Positions 1 through 12,152 of a stretch of 64,000 bases of DNA are shown one piece after another. The notes under the pieces are model-generated. The model saw nothing but the letters and a program-made list of their open reading frames with translations. It was not told the DNA's origin and did not search any database. Every line of letters begins with the position of its first letter. Positions within the stretch are counted from its first letter, which is position 1. The position numbers and the translations under genes are program-made. The DNA comes from Azolla caroliniana (Eukaryota; Plantae; Polypodiophyta). The stretch spans positions 6,510,001-6,574,000 of the forward strand of contig JBHGNT010000022.1 of assembly GCA_043228905.1 (NCBI GenBank), written 5' to 3'.

Positions 1-9
1 AAGGAAGCA

Positions 10-969
10 TTGGTAAGTGCCAAGTTGCAGTGTATGAAGGTGTTCGTGCATGATTTATGTTTTGGATTTGCATTGAGTAGCAACAAAGTTATGTGGGCAT
101 CAACTCTTCAACAACAATTTGACCAAGAGCCAAGAGATTTACTTGTAATGCATGATTGGAGTATCATTAACTTATCACCATCAAAGGATCCACCACAACT
201 AATCAAATGTATAAAGGAGAAGGAATCATCTATCGACATTGGCAAGCAAGAAGAGGAAAGCATAACAATTGATGAATATTCGTTGGATAGGGAAAACAAA
301 TCCTTCCACATGGTGTCTAAGGAGGAAGAAGAAGTCATTGAAGAGAAAAGCATTATCACCTTGGAGAAGATGATTTCAAGCTATATCCAAGGAGAAGAGC
401 ATCTAAGGTTTAGTTCTTTTCTTTTTGAGTTTCCAAAATTACTCATAAATGTCTATTCACATATAAAAGGAGAAGATTGCTCCAAAGACCTTATCAAATT
501 GAAGGTACCAATTGCCCAAACTCTTCAAGAATCTAAGGTTGTGCAAAAGAAAGATCATAAAGCATTGTTACAAGAGAGTTTCATTTATCATATGGAGGAT
601 TTGAAGTGTATATCACCTATTGTTGTGGTTCCAAAGGAGAAAGACGTCAACTTCCAACCCTTGAATGAGTCAACCAAACGAGATTTATTTTTTCTTCCTT
701 TTCGAGATGAGATTCTAGATGAAATGGTCATACATAAAAAACAAGGTAATGTGGAGAATGTGGTGTGCCAAGAAGAAAGTCATGTTGATGAAGCAAAGAT
801 CGACGTAATTCAAAATATGACAATTCTGACAAGTATCGAAGCTTTAAAGGTATTTGTACAAAAGGTTCGTTCGCTCGAAAGGTTTATTCATATGTTGACA
901 TGCTTACTTCTCTCAAGACCTATGTATCGCATGATCCTACTCGTGTTTCGAGAGTTGACAAAGACATAG
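10..969 (+). pseudogene. Degenerate Ty3/Gypsy pol-derived ORF (RT fragments, internally deleted)
   Basis: Motifs ISPIVVVPK, VNFQPLNE..KRD.F.LPF.DEILD and VDEAKIDVI resemble Gypsy RT. The catalytic (Y/F)xDD region is missing. A PPT and LTR follow. Confidence 0.7.
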
Positions 970-1230
970 TAATTGTGGTGACCTCTTTCTTTGTGTTGAC
1001 AAGGAGAAAGATGGTGATGGCAATTGTCAATGTGTATGTGTGTGTGTTTAGAAGTGTGAGGTTTTTCCTATCGACTAGCGGGGGTTTTACTCACATAGTT
1101 TGTTTCTTTTCTATTTATTTTCTCCTTCTTTGTCTATAGCTATGAATAAGGCGAAGGAGAACCTTTAGTTTTATTAGTAGCTTAGGGTTCACCATAAATG
1201 GTTCACGAAAAAGCAAGGGGGAGGGCTAAA

Positions 1231-2049
1231 TGTGAAAGTGTTTTTAGAATTCAAGGTATTAAAGTCTACAAGAATATAAGGTATGGTGTGTTCACATCCG
1301 GAGGGCAAGATCACGAGCTAAGGTCTTGAGGATAAGTCAAACTAAAAACAAGAAAGATGGAGAAAAGTAAAAGAAGGAAAAAGCAGTCAGAAACAAACGC
1401 TCATAACTCTCTCGTTTGACACCCAAATATCACGTGTAAATATGGGTTAGAAAGGTTGTGAAGAGAGCTATCCGTAGCTTTTTAAAACTCTAAATTTGGA
1501 GCATGGATGAGGGAGATATGACGATTAGAAGATCGTTGTGTCATAGCTAAGAATAGGAGATGGAAAAGCTGTAAAAAAAGCGTGGAAAAGAAAGCAAGCG
1601 AAACTTATCTACTAGAGGAGAACTTCATATAAAGCAAGAAGAGTGAGGTGGTGAGGAGGAGTTTTTTTCGGGTGGTGTTTTTCTTGCCTATTCATGTAGT
1701 GCGTTTTTCTAGTGATCAATTGATCCTTGTAGGCTTGAGTTTATGTATCTTCTTTCTCTTGTTTTTATGATCATCACTCCTTATTAATATATCTTTGTAG
1801 ATTTGGATTTCTATATCTTCCTTCTCTCTCTTTTCTATCATCTTCTCTCTTTTCACCTTCGAGTCTCCTTATACTCCTCTCCTTACACTTAGTGATTTGT
1901 TTCTTGGGGTTTAGGGACCCTCGTGGTTTTTCCCTTTTTCGGGTTTTCCACGTAAAAGATCTTGTGTCTCTGTATCTTCTCGTCTTCAGTCTTGTTTTCT
2001 TCGTTTTCTTGTCTGAGTATTATCTTACTTGATTTTCTGCACCTGAACA
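1231..2049 (+). repeat. 3' LTR of an old LTR retroelement
   Basis: Purine tract AAGCAAGGGGGAGGG at ~1211-1225, then TGTGAAAG...CACCTGAACA. Contains a GGGTTTTCCACGT motif near its end. The right boundary is inferred. Confidence 0.55.
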
Positions 2050-2060
2050 TGCGTACATGG

Positions 2061-3441
2061 TGTGCGGAATAACGCTCGACCACAACCGAATCTCAATCAA
2101 CAATATGAGACGACATTAAATGTTTACGCGGAAAACCCTAATAGGGAAAAAACCACGAGAGCCCACAGACTCCAATTGTCACTATAGATAAGGGGTACAA
2201 CACTGTGAGACTCAGAGGCAACAACCTCGAGCTCTAGCTTTGCCAACCGACGATTACAACAGAAAATACCTTTTTGTATATCTCCCTCTCTCAATGTCTC
2301 TCTCTATTTTTTACAATAATAACAACACCAACAAAGTGTTCAACAACACTTCCAAAGTGTTTGCCCTAAGTCATATTTATACTTATATGACTTTAGGGCT
2401 ATTTACAAATATGGCCATGACAGGCACCATGGTTGTTTACGTGCCTGTATTTAATATTTAAATAGGTATAGTACCTCATAATTTGTATAGTATGTACTAT
2501 ACCTCAATGTTATTCAATTAAATATCATGTACATTTGTCCAATACAGTATTTAACGTACATTTAAAAAAACAGGTGTAATACGTATTTATAAAAAAATGT
2601 AAGTAAAACCCCAACAAAAAGTAAAAGAAAAAAGATTTTAGTGAGAAAGAAGCAAAAAGAAGGAAGAAAGAAGAAAAGAAGAGATGACGATGAAGAAGAA
2701 GAAGAAGAAGAAGAAAAGAAGAAGAGAAAAGAAGATAGAAACTTGTTCTGACTCTGAGTGTGATAATCATAGAAGATAAAAGAAGATGATGATGATGATG
2801 AAGAAGACAGAAACTTATCATGAGTGTGATAATCGTAGACAATTCCTCAATCTATGAAGACATAATCATAAATAATTACAATTTAAAGTAGAACATTGTA
2901 AACACACTTACACTAATTTATAGAATAAGTGAATGTCGACATCCATATTATAAGTATTTTAGGATGTGAAATGTTCAAATGTCTTATATGCATTTTAGGA
3001 TGTAGAACTATAATGTACATCACAAAATTGTGTAAACACAGATGTTTTTTACAATATTACAAATATTTTTAGAAAGGTAAATAATTTCCAAATTCTAGAA
3101 GTATTTAACGTACTATACGTAAAATACGTATTTTATAAGTATTTAACCTATTAAAAAACGTATTTAACATACTACAAAGTGTATTTATCATATTAAAAAA
3201 CGTATTTAACGTATTTTTAAATTGGGAGGTACTATACGCGTATTAATACGTTATATATGTATGGTATCCGTACCGTATCTAACGTACCATATCAGGCATC
3301 CTAGAAACATATTTACAAATATGTCCTTGGGTCCGGTTCACACCGGATCCGTTCGATTCGGTTCCTTCCTTCGGCTCGTCTGATTCGGATCCTCCGATCT
3401 GGCCCCTTCGGTTCTCATCCGGAGGGACCGAATTCCCAACA
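2061..3441 (-). repeat. 3' LTR of element A, interrupted by a MITE-like insert
   Basis: Starts TGTTGGG after the PPT on the minus strand. 2090-2320 aligns with 33475-34130 once the solo LTR there is removed. Confidence 0.75.
2428..3291. mobile_element. AT-rich non-autonomous DNA transposon (hAT-like MITE) inside LTR A
   Basis: Ends CATGGT...ACCATA. Degenerate 8-bp flanks ACAGGCAC/TCAGGCAT. Repeated subterminal GTATTTAAC(G/C/A)TA motifs and an internal GAA/GAT microsatellite. Confidence 0.45.
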
Positions 3442-6400
3442 AACTCCCCTTTCACTTCGGCATGGGATGTCTTGTCAATCCGATCTGTCTCCTGCACGCG
3501 TCCAGCTTGTCGGTTGACAATACCTTGGTCAACATGTCCGATCCGTTCTCCTCCATGTGGATCTTCAACAACACGAGGTCTTGATCTTCTATTCTCTCCT
3601 GGAGCTAGTGGTATCTACACTAAATGTGCATCGTCCCAGAGTGGTACGCCGCATTCTTTGCAAGGTGGATGACACTTTTATTATCGCAGTAGAACCGGAA
3701 TTCTTCCTGCCGGATCCCTAACTCTCCGATGAAGTCCGTCATCCAGATTACCTCTTTACCAGCTTCTACGACCGCCATGTAATCCGCTTTTGTTGTTGAT
3801 AGTGCAACGGACTTCTAAAGCCTCGAATGCTACGATACGGCTCCCCCTGCATATTGTTACCGTACGAGATGTACGGGTGATTGATAAGTAATGGTGAAAG
3901 ATGTAATGCGTTGATATGTATGTGTGATGTTATACGATTATGAGTGTGAATGTAAGTGTGAGTGTGGTTGATACAAAGAGGTGTGAGTGAGTGACTAGGT
4001 GTGAATTCCAAGGGGGTTTGCACCCTTGTGTATCTACCCCTTTGTACCTATTTAACCCCTTATGGGGAATGAATGAATAGAAGGATCATTTCTCTCTCTC
4101 TCCCCCCCTTAACGTTGAACCCCCTAGGGAGGGGGGTGGAGCCATTGTAGGCATCACCCCCCACCCCACAATGCTTCTCAACATCTTCATGATCTCTCAC
4201 CATCATACCATTCATCATCTCCACCATTACACCATGTCTATCTTCATCATCAATCATCATCATTATCATTATCATTAACCCTAACCCTAAACCTATAACA
4301 CTTTTTGGCGAACACGACGGGCGATCCCCCTTTGGAGACAAAGTCGAAGACTACTACGCAGCAAAGACATGGCAACGACGAAATGTGCGAGAAATGGTGA
4401 TGTTGATTGGAAGCCGTCGAGGTCGAGGAATGCAAAACGGTGATGTTGCACGAGAGGACGTCGTAAAAGGATACGCAACAGACGTATATTCAAGCGTGTT
4501 TCCAAAAGAGGTTAGCGACAATGTGAGTGTTTTCAAAAGCATGGTGCAAGATGCATGGCTGGACAAACAACGAAGTAGAGGGAACTGGTGCCAACACGAC
4601 TAGAAAGACAAGCCAACCAGGAGACTGTGGAGGAAGAAGAAGTGTGTGGAGTGCAGCAGGATGTGCTGAGAATGCACAAGATATGGTTCCAGTAGAAGAA
4701 ATGCGGAGAGAGTCGGAACCGGAATCAGAACCAGAACTAGAGTCGGTTAACACTGAAGGGTCGAAGAAGACCCAGATATTGACCAACAAAGAAACCAACA
4801 ACGCAGACCAGACATCGACGACCAAAGAAACCAACAACGCCAGAAAGAGACGATCGGATGCACCAGACAAAGACAGACAAAGACGACGAAAAGAGACTAC
4901 TCAAACAGACAGAAAGAATGGAACAACGAAGGAGAAACACGACTAGAACAAATGCTAAGAACCAGTACAACAAAAACAAGACCACATGTGCCCCCTAGGT
5001 CATCATCATCAACTGGAAAGCGGGAAAAAAGGAATTGCGACCGGAGCGGCAGCCGACCAAAATGGCCAGATATGGGAGCAGCCGGACAACATTCAAACTA
5101 ACTCCGGAAAACCAGCCGGAACAGACCAGAAGACGACGGACGGTGCTGGACTACGACAAACCAACAGAGGAACGAAGGCCGGATGGCCTTCCGTATGGAG
5201 AGCGGTTGAAGCACGGCGGATGAGTAGTATTGGCCGAAGAGCGACCGGTATGGCGGCCAGAATGCGGGACAAATGGCCGAACGACGACGACGCTATACGG
5301 CAGAGGCCGGACAGTGGCGGCGAATGGCAACCCGAAACCCTACACAACAGTCAAAGAGTGGCCGAAGAGCAGCGGCCAGATTGTGTGCAGAGCGGCCAAG
5401 CGACGGACGAGGTTGGACTATGACGAACCGGCAGAGACGACAATAGAAACGGAAACGGGGCTGGATGGAAAGGCGCCGGACAAGACCGGACAACTCGAGT
5501 GAAGGACGAATGGCAACAGAAACGACCGGAAAGCCAACGACCGAACGGAGAACGGTGATGAAGACGGAAGATGACGGAACGGTTGCAGAGATGGAGAGAC
5601 AACCAGAGTGGTAACGGTCGGCACGGTGACCAAGCAATGACCAGAACGGACCGGAAGACTACGGACAACGGCCAAACAGAGGCCAAAAAGAGGGAGCCGT
5701 ACAATCGATGGATGAACAACAGACGGGAAAACAGACAATGACGAAGACATTGATCAGCAATAGAGATGTAGACAAGGCGGGCGACGATTGAGCGGCGACG
5801 TAACCAGATGGTTAAGGGACGGAGAAAACCGGAGCGGCATCCGGACAACAACGACAGTCGAACGACATCTGGATGGTAACCGAATAAAGTGGCCGGAGCA
5901 GCCTAAGTGTTGGTGGCCAGACAACCGATGGTCGTAAAGAATAGAGACAGCTGGACAGAGATAGCAGACCATAAAATGGCCGGACAGGGCCGACAGAGAC
6001 GGCAATGACGCCAAACGATGGCAGAACAGGAACGGAAAGTGGCGGCTGGACAGCCACGTCCGAGCATCGGAGGACACCGATGGCAACGGCGACGGACCCA
6101 GAGACGGAAACAGAAAAAAAAACAGAGACCGAGACGGAGATGAACAGAGAAGGCCGTACAAACACACAACGACACACAAAAGCAGAGCGTGACAGCCACG
6201 GACAATGGACATAGCGGTGGTGAAAGAAGGAAGAAAAACGAGAAAAGAGGATGAAGATAAAAAGAAGAGAAAGATGAAACAGAATCAGAAAAGAAGAAGA
6301 AGAAACAGACAACGATAAGAGAGAGAAAACGCAAACAGAAAACAAGAATAAGAAGATCGACACACAAATATTGGAACCTTGAGGGTACTGAATGAAATTG

Positions 6401-7217
6401 TCAAAACTCGAGGGTATGTAATAAAAATTTTAAAAATCAAAGGGCACCTACGAAATTTCGAAAACTCATCAACCTAAAAGAAATGGACGCGATCGACACA
6501 CAACTCACAAAATCAACTGTTGAGAGACAAGCTCAACATCGGTTGGGACCGATCGGTTAGGCCGAATGCGTAAACCGGTACGCAGACCGGTGCGTAGGTA
6601 GGGCCGGATTGGTGCGTAAACCGGGAGGCCGCTAGGAAAGATATTCCGTGAGGAATATATTTGGGAGTTAGTGTAGGAGCTCTTAATGAGCATTGAAGTA
6701 CTGTCAGTACTTCAGTCAGTCCTTCTAGGACTTGTATAAAAGTGTTCATTGAACACACATATGTATAGAGTGTGGTGAATAGAGATTGAGTATTTTTTGA
6801 ATATACCTCTTGTGTTTTCCTCTCTCACTCTCTCTGTCTCTCCCCCGTATACTGCGTGAGCTCAAGCTCTCCATTAAACCTGATTTTTCTTCCTTCTGTT
6901 CGGTCTTCATACTTGCTTCCACACGTTACTTTTTACATGGTATTAGAGCGCGAGGGTTGAGAACCTCTCTGCAGCCGACACAGCTTGACGAAGAAGAACA
7001 AGAAGAACGATGGATAGAGGCATGGCGAGCTCGCTTCCAACAGAGAAGCTCGACAGAACCAACTACGTGTCTTGGTCCTACAAGATGCACTAGTACCTGC
7101 TCGGGCACGGCTACTGGAGTTATGTCGAAGGAGCTAATGATGCGGCACCCGAATCGACGCACAGAGACTTCCCGTCGTGGGAGCAATCGGCGAGCAGGGT
7201 ATTATACTGCTTCGCAT

Positions 7218-10195
7218 TGTCGTGAAGATTTTCGTCCATAGGCGGAAACCGGGGTGGAAGGGGCAAGTCGGTGGTGTGCAACATGTGCACATGTATGCTA
7301 GGATATGGTGTATAGAAAGAGAGGGGACATTTTTGTCCCACATTGTAAGATCCCTCCCTCCTTGGGCTATAAAGGGAGGGGAGGGGTCACTTATGAAGGG
7401 GTTGCCTATTTTGTGCGAGTAAGGTATACCACTTAGTCTAGGGTTCTCCCTCTTCCCATTTCGTTTTAGGGTTAGGGTTTCGGTTAGGGTTTTCTTCATG
7501 GGTTTCCCTTTAGGGTTTTCGGATAGTCATTTTGGTGCGGCCATGGCGGCCACCATTGTTGTAACCATTCGTTGTTTTAATATAACTTGTTGAGCCTCTT
7601 GCCTCCGCCGATCTCTCCTTCGATGTTGTGGTCTTATTCTTCCCTCTTCTCCTCTTGAGCTAAGCCTCCATATCATGTCCTATTCTTTCTCCTCCACTCC
7701 CTAGTCCAAGACCCCCGCGGTCCCGCCCCTTCTACACGCACGCGAGGAATACCTCGACATCTTTGGTGAACCCGACGTGAAGGGCGGCAAGGGAGCATGG
7801 AGATGGAAGAAGACTTGGACTTCGAGGAGATGATGGCAAAAATCGTGATGGAAGCCGGACGGAAGATGGCGAAGCGAGATGCGGCTCAACAAGCCGTCGA
7901 AAGGGTGGTCGATGGAGTCGGCCGATTCAAAGGGGACGATGTCCCGAGGTTCTTGGAAGCATACGATGCCGAGATGGCGAAAGGGGGTGTGGACGAGGAG
8001 ATGCGGCTAGAGTATTTTCCTCGAGTGGCGGCCGCATTGGTGCACAAGGAGGTCAAGGAGCTACGAGAAGCTCACGGGTCGTGGGTGTCCTTGAAGGTAG
8101 CCCTATTGGAAGCGCGCGGATACGCGAAACCGGAGTGGGTATGCCGGCAACCCGTTGGGGAGCGGTCGGCAACAACGTGGCCCGCGAGCGGCAGAGAAGA
8201 GAGAGTGGCGAGTGAGTACGCACTACCGCCGGAAGAGAGCTCAACCCAAAACGGCTCGGAGGAGCTCGACCTAGAAGCGCTAATACGAGAGGCATGCGAG
8301 CTTGTGAAGGCGAAAATCGGAGCCGAAGAAGGGCTTATTATGGAGTCGGGCCGGAGGCGATCGGAGGATACGGAGGAAGAAGCCTCCCTAAGCGTAGAAG
8401 ACGGGGCCTATACAGAGGCCGGGAGAGCGTACGACGGCGAGATAGGAGAGGGTGCGGAGCAAGCGACCCTCTTGCCTTGCGGTGAAGGGACGGCCATGGA
8501 GGCCGGTAACTACGGATTCGGGACATGCCGGCCTGAAACATTGAGTGAGGAGCGGACAAGCGGCGGTGCCGCGACCTTACACACACCGGTCCTAGAGACT
8601 CCGGCATCCGGCCCGAGAGCCGGTGTGAGACCTAGAGTGACGGACGGTGGCGGCGGCAAGGCGGGCAACCGAGACGACGGCATGGGAGAGATGGTGGCAA
8701 GCGTAATCGAGGTTTGCGGAGTCGGAGATGGGGTAGCCGCGGACAACGACGACCGGACGGAAGCGGCTACTGACACAACGAGTGGCGGTGCCGGGTCCTT
8801 ACCCACACCGGTCCTAGAGGCTCCGGCGGCCGGCCCGAGTGCCGGCGTGAGACCTAGAGCGACGAGCGGTGGTGGCGGCAAGGCGGCCTACCACGGCGAC
8901 GAAGAGAACGAGGAAGAGATAGCCACGGACCACGGCGTCCGAACGAAGGTGGCTACGAACATGGCATCGGCGAGTAACGGTATCGGGACTTTTCCCACAC
9001 CTATTCAAGAGACTTCGGCAGTCGGCCCCGAGAGCCCACGTGAGACCGGAGAGACGAAAGGTGGCGGCGGCAAAGCGGACGATCGAAACGACGACGAGGA
9101 AGGTCATAGCGGACGGAGGTAAGACCTCTCGACACCGAGACCGGAGACTACGGCGGTTGCGCTCGAATGCCAACATAAGACCGGAGAGAAGGGCGGTGGC
9201 CATGAGCAGGTGTGGCCCGGAGCGAACACGTACGAAGATGAGGATGCGAGGCCCGGAACGGGCATATACGAGAGGACCGACGGAGAGGTCGGGAGCGGCA
9301 AAGAGGAGAGAGTCGAGAACCGACCCGACCGGAAGATGGACCGGTCGATAATCCGACATGACCGGAAGACGATGCGGAAGAACATTGGAGCAGGGTCTGG
9401 TCAACCGGGCCCGAACCGAAGAAGAGCTGGCAAGGTCGGATTTGTTCGGACAAACATCTACCGGCCGGTTACGATTACAGAAGGGAGCGGACCTAACCGG
9501 AACTCGATCGGCCGAGACCGATCCGGGCGAAGGCAAAATTGGCACAGTTGGAGGTCGAGGCGAATGGGCCACAACACCCGGTGGGAACCGGTGAGCGCGA
9601 GAAGGAAGCTAACCGGGCACGGTGATTACGGCTTGGCAGAAGACCGAGAGCGAGAGGAGCCCTCCACATCTATCCTTGAGACTTCGGCGGTTGCGGATCA
9701 ACATAAGACCGGAGACACGACGGGTGGCGGTGAGGAGTCGGAGACCGGAACTGACGAGGCCACTAGAACGGGTACCCGGTGCGTGAAGACGGATGAGCAC
9801 GGCCAAGACGGCAAGCCGGAGTCGAAAGGGGCTACGGCAAGAAAGTACGAAGAGGCCGACGCGGAGGTCGGGACTACAACGAGGGAAGTATATAACGCAA
9901 ATGCATTACGGCGTAGAACGGAGCGTGCACTACGGTCGGCGAAGGGCCAAGAAGCAAACATGCACCCGGAAGAGCCGCAACGAGTGACTGATGATGACGG
10001 TCGGGGAAAGCCTTCAAGAGGCAAGTGCGGGACGACGGGCGGTGCGACGAGACGCCAAGATCAACAAAGCGAGACGGGCGTGATCGGCGTGAACGAAGGA
10101 TTGTGTATAGGAAAACGGAGGGGATGCGCGGAGGACAACGGGGCACACACCGGGAAGAGAAAACGTGGCGGCTTCCCGGAGGGCATACAAGGCCA
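7218..10195 (+). mobile_element. Element E: tRNA-Trp-primed Gypsy-group non-autonomous element, 3' truncated
   Basis: LTR 7218-7759 (TGTCGTG...CTCGACA). PBS TGGTGAACCCGACGTGA at 7764, complementary to the plant tRNA-Trp 3' end. Fused at ~10196 to the LTR of F. Confidence 0.85.
7797..9122 (+). CDS. Gag N-terminal domain fused to low-complexity repeats (element E)
   Basis: GRFKGDDVPRFLEAYDAEM matches F gag (RRFSGKDATKYLASYGAEM). C-terminal PTPVLE..A.GP..GGGGKA repeats continue in ORF 9210-10307. Confidence 0.65.
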   Translation: MEMEEDLDFEEMMAKIVMEAGRKMAKRDAAQQAVERVVDGVGRFKGDDVPRFLEAYDAEMAKGGVDEEMRLEYFPRVAAALVHKEVKELREAHGSWVSLKVALLEARGYAKPEWVCRQPVGERSATTWPASGREERVASEYALPPEESSTQNGSEELDLEALIREACELVKAKIGAEEGLIMESGRRRSEDTEEEASLSVEDGAYTEAGRAYDGEIGEGAEQATLLPCGEGTAMEAGNYGFGTCRPETLSEERTSGGAATLHTPVLETPASGPRAGVRPRVTDGGGGKAGNRDDGMGEMVASVIEVCGVGDGVAADNDDRTEAATDTTSGGAGSLPTPVLEAPAAGPSAGVRPRATSGGGGKAAYHGDEENEEEIATDHGVRTKVATNMASASNGIGTFPTPIQETSAVGPESPRETGETKGGGGKADDRNDDEEGHSGRR

Positions 10196-10479
10196 GCAAA
10201 CCGACAGCGCTTCGTCCTCGACTCTCCGCGATCCCCTCCCCCTTCTCGTCTCCCTCCTTTTTATAGGCAAGGAAGGAGCCGTTTCCCCTTTACTTCCTAC
10301 CCACTAAATCTACCTGCCTAGGATCTTCTATGGATAACATTCGAGAAGAGCCGGTTCCTACGCTCCTGTGCACCGATTCCGCTTGTGGACGGTTTTCTTC
10401 ACGACATCCGCCCCCACCTAACCGTGCATCCACCGGCATGCGCCAAATCGAGTCGGGACGGAGAAAACCGGTCCAGCCT

Positions 10480-12120
10480 TCATTCCCCGCTCGTCGGTTC
10501 TTCCTCGGTTTCGGATCGTTCGTCGTCGCGGTCCAGGCCAACCGGATCCGGCTCGTCGTCGTGACGCTTCTTGAACGCTTTGATCCGCTTCCCCGCTACC
10601 GGTATCACCATTCTCGTACCGTCGAGTTCCGCCAGATGGTACGTCCCGTTGTCGTTGGCGCTTTGTACCACGTAAGGCCCGAACCACCTTCTTGTGAACT
10701 TCCGTGTCGCTCGGTTCTGGTTGTCAAGGTTGCTGTCGTAGACTAGCACCCAGTCGCCTTCCTCGATCTTCTTCGGTCGGAGCCGGTGCGTTCGGTCGAA
10801 CCGGGCTTTGTTCCTCATCCTTGCTTCCCGAAGCTTTTCCGCAGCCTGCTCCACGTCCTCCGGTCTTCCCTCGAGCTGTCGTATACGCGCCGCCAGCAGC
10901 TCCTCCCGGCTCATCTCGTCTCTCCAGTCCACGGTTGCCCACGAGGAGATCGTACGTTCCATCGGCATGACCGGCTTCTGCCCAAACATGAGTTCTACCG
11001 GCATGAATCCGGTTACTGAACTGTGCGTAGTTCGGTCTGGCCACAACGCGTAAGGCAACAACCGCGGCCAGTTCCCGACTTGACCTCCGCATGACCGAAC
11101 TAACGCCTTGACGATCGGTCCGTGTCCGCGCTCCACCTTCCCATTCGCCTCCGGATTGTACGCAGTGGTAAGCGAGAGCTTGACTCCTAGCCGGTCGAAC
11201 AGCTCCTCGGCCTCTTCGGTGTCCAACTCCCCGCGATCAGCCACGATCTTCCCGACGCACCCGTACCGGCATATCACGTCCTCGATCAGGAACCGACATA
11301 CGACCGCGGTCGTTTTGTTCTGAAGGGCGCGGCCTTCCACCTGGTTCGTCAGATCTTCCCGAGCCAAGACCAGATACCGCATCTGTCCTACGCCCATCGG
11401 CATCGTCACCAAATCTACCATCCATTTGAAGTGGATGGTCAGAGGGTACGTAGGGTGAAGCTCGTCCCGATGCCGGACTATGGAGTGCATCTGACAGCTC
11501 TCGCAAGTTGACACGAACCGATGCACGTCCCGGTACAGTCCCGGCCACCAGTACTTCCCCTTTATCTTCTCGAACGTGGCCCACGTTCCACGGTGACCGG
11601 CCCAAGGGCTGTCGTGGTAGCCCGTCAGCAGCTCCTCCTGTTCTTCCTTCATCGCCACCACCCGGAATGGGACGCCGTTCCTCTTCTTCGGGTGCTTCCA
11701 TAAGTATCTGTCCCGGAGAAAGAATCGGTAAGCTTTCTTCCGGATCCGGTTGGCCTCGTCCTTCGTCCACGACGCATCCGGCGTCATCGTCCTCAAAAAT
11801 CCACCGATCTGGAGCCACTCGCCGTCGTACTTGCTCTCGTGGAAGTCGTTAAGTGCCGGAGTGCTTGTCCCATCGGTCGTCACGTACGCTGCCTCGAAGA
11901 AGTCCACGCCGACTTCTTCGTCCTCCGAAACCATGCCGCCCTCGTCATCAAACCTCGCCCTCGAAAGCATGTCGGCCATGGCGTTGTCCTTTCCGGAAAT
12001 GTGCCGTATTTCCGGGTCCAGGGACTTGATGTACACTATCCACCTAAGCATCGCCAGGTCCGGTGTCGCGCATCCGGAAACCATGCCGAGAATTGGCAGG
12101 CAATCCGTCTCGATAATCAC
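10480..12120 (-). CDS. pol: RNase H C-part and integrase (element F)
   Basis: H..WAGH..CESC zinc finger, DLV..D RG E..E catalytic core, WFGPY. No chromodomain seen. Confidence 0.92.
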   Translation of the reverse strand: MIIETDCLPILGMVSGCATPDLAMLRWIVYIKSLDPEIRHISGKDNAMADMLSRARFDDEGGMVSEDEEVGVDFFEAAYVTTDGTSTPALNDFHESKYDGEWLQIGGFLRTMTPDASWTKDEANRIRKKAYRFFLRDRYLWKHPKKRNGVPFRVVAMKEEQEELLTGYHDSPWAGHRGTWATFEKIKGKYWWPGLYRDVHRFVSTCESCQMHSIVRHRDELHPTYPLTIHFKWMVDLVTMPMGVGQMRYLVLAREDLTNQVEGRALQNKTTAVVCRFLIEDVICRYGCVGKIVADRGELDTEEAEELFDRLGVKLSLTTAYNPEANGKVERGHGPIVKALVRSCGGQVGNWPRLLPYALWPDRTTHSSVTGFMPVELMFGQKPVMPMERTISSWATVDWRDEMSREELLAARIRQLEGRPEDVEQAAEKLREARMRNKARFDRTHRLRPKKIEEGDWVLVYDSNLDNQNRATRKFTRRWFGPYVVQSANDNGTYHLAELDGTRMVIPVAGKRIKAFKKRHDDEPDPVGLDRDDERSETEEEPTSGE

Positions 12121-12152
12121 TTCTGTCCCGATTAGGTAGTCTTTGTCGGCCT

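Noticed and set aside
2640-2810. GAA/GAT-rich tract giving a hydrophobic ORF (2525-2842)
   Set aside because: Microsatellite artefact.
4385-6367. Many overlapping 70-180 aa ORFs in the interior of B
   Set aside because: Low-complexity, strand-biased sequence with no domain motifs; the ORFs are open by composition.
7464-7520. TTAGGG/TTTAGGG telomere-like motifs (also ~4277)
   Set aside because: Only 2-4 degenerate units inside retroelement sequence; telo-box-like, not an interstitial telomere.
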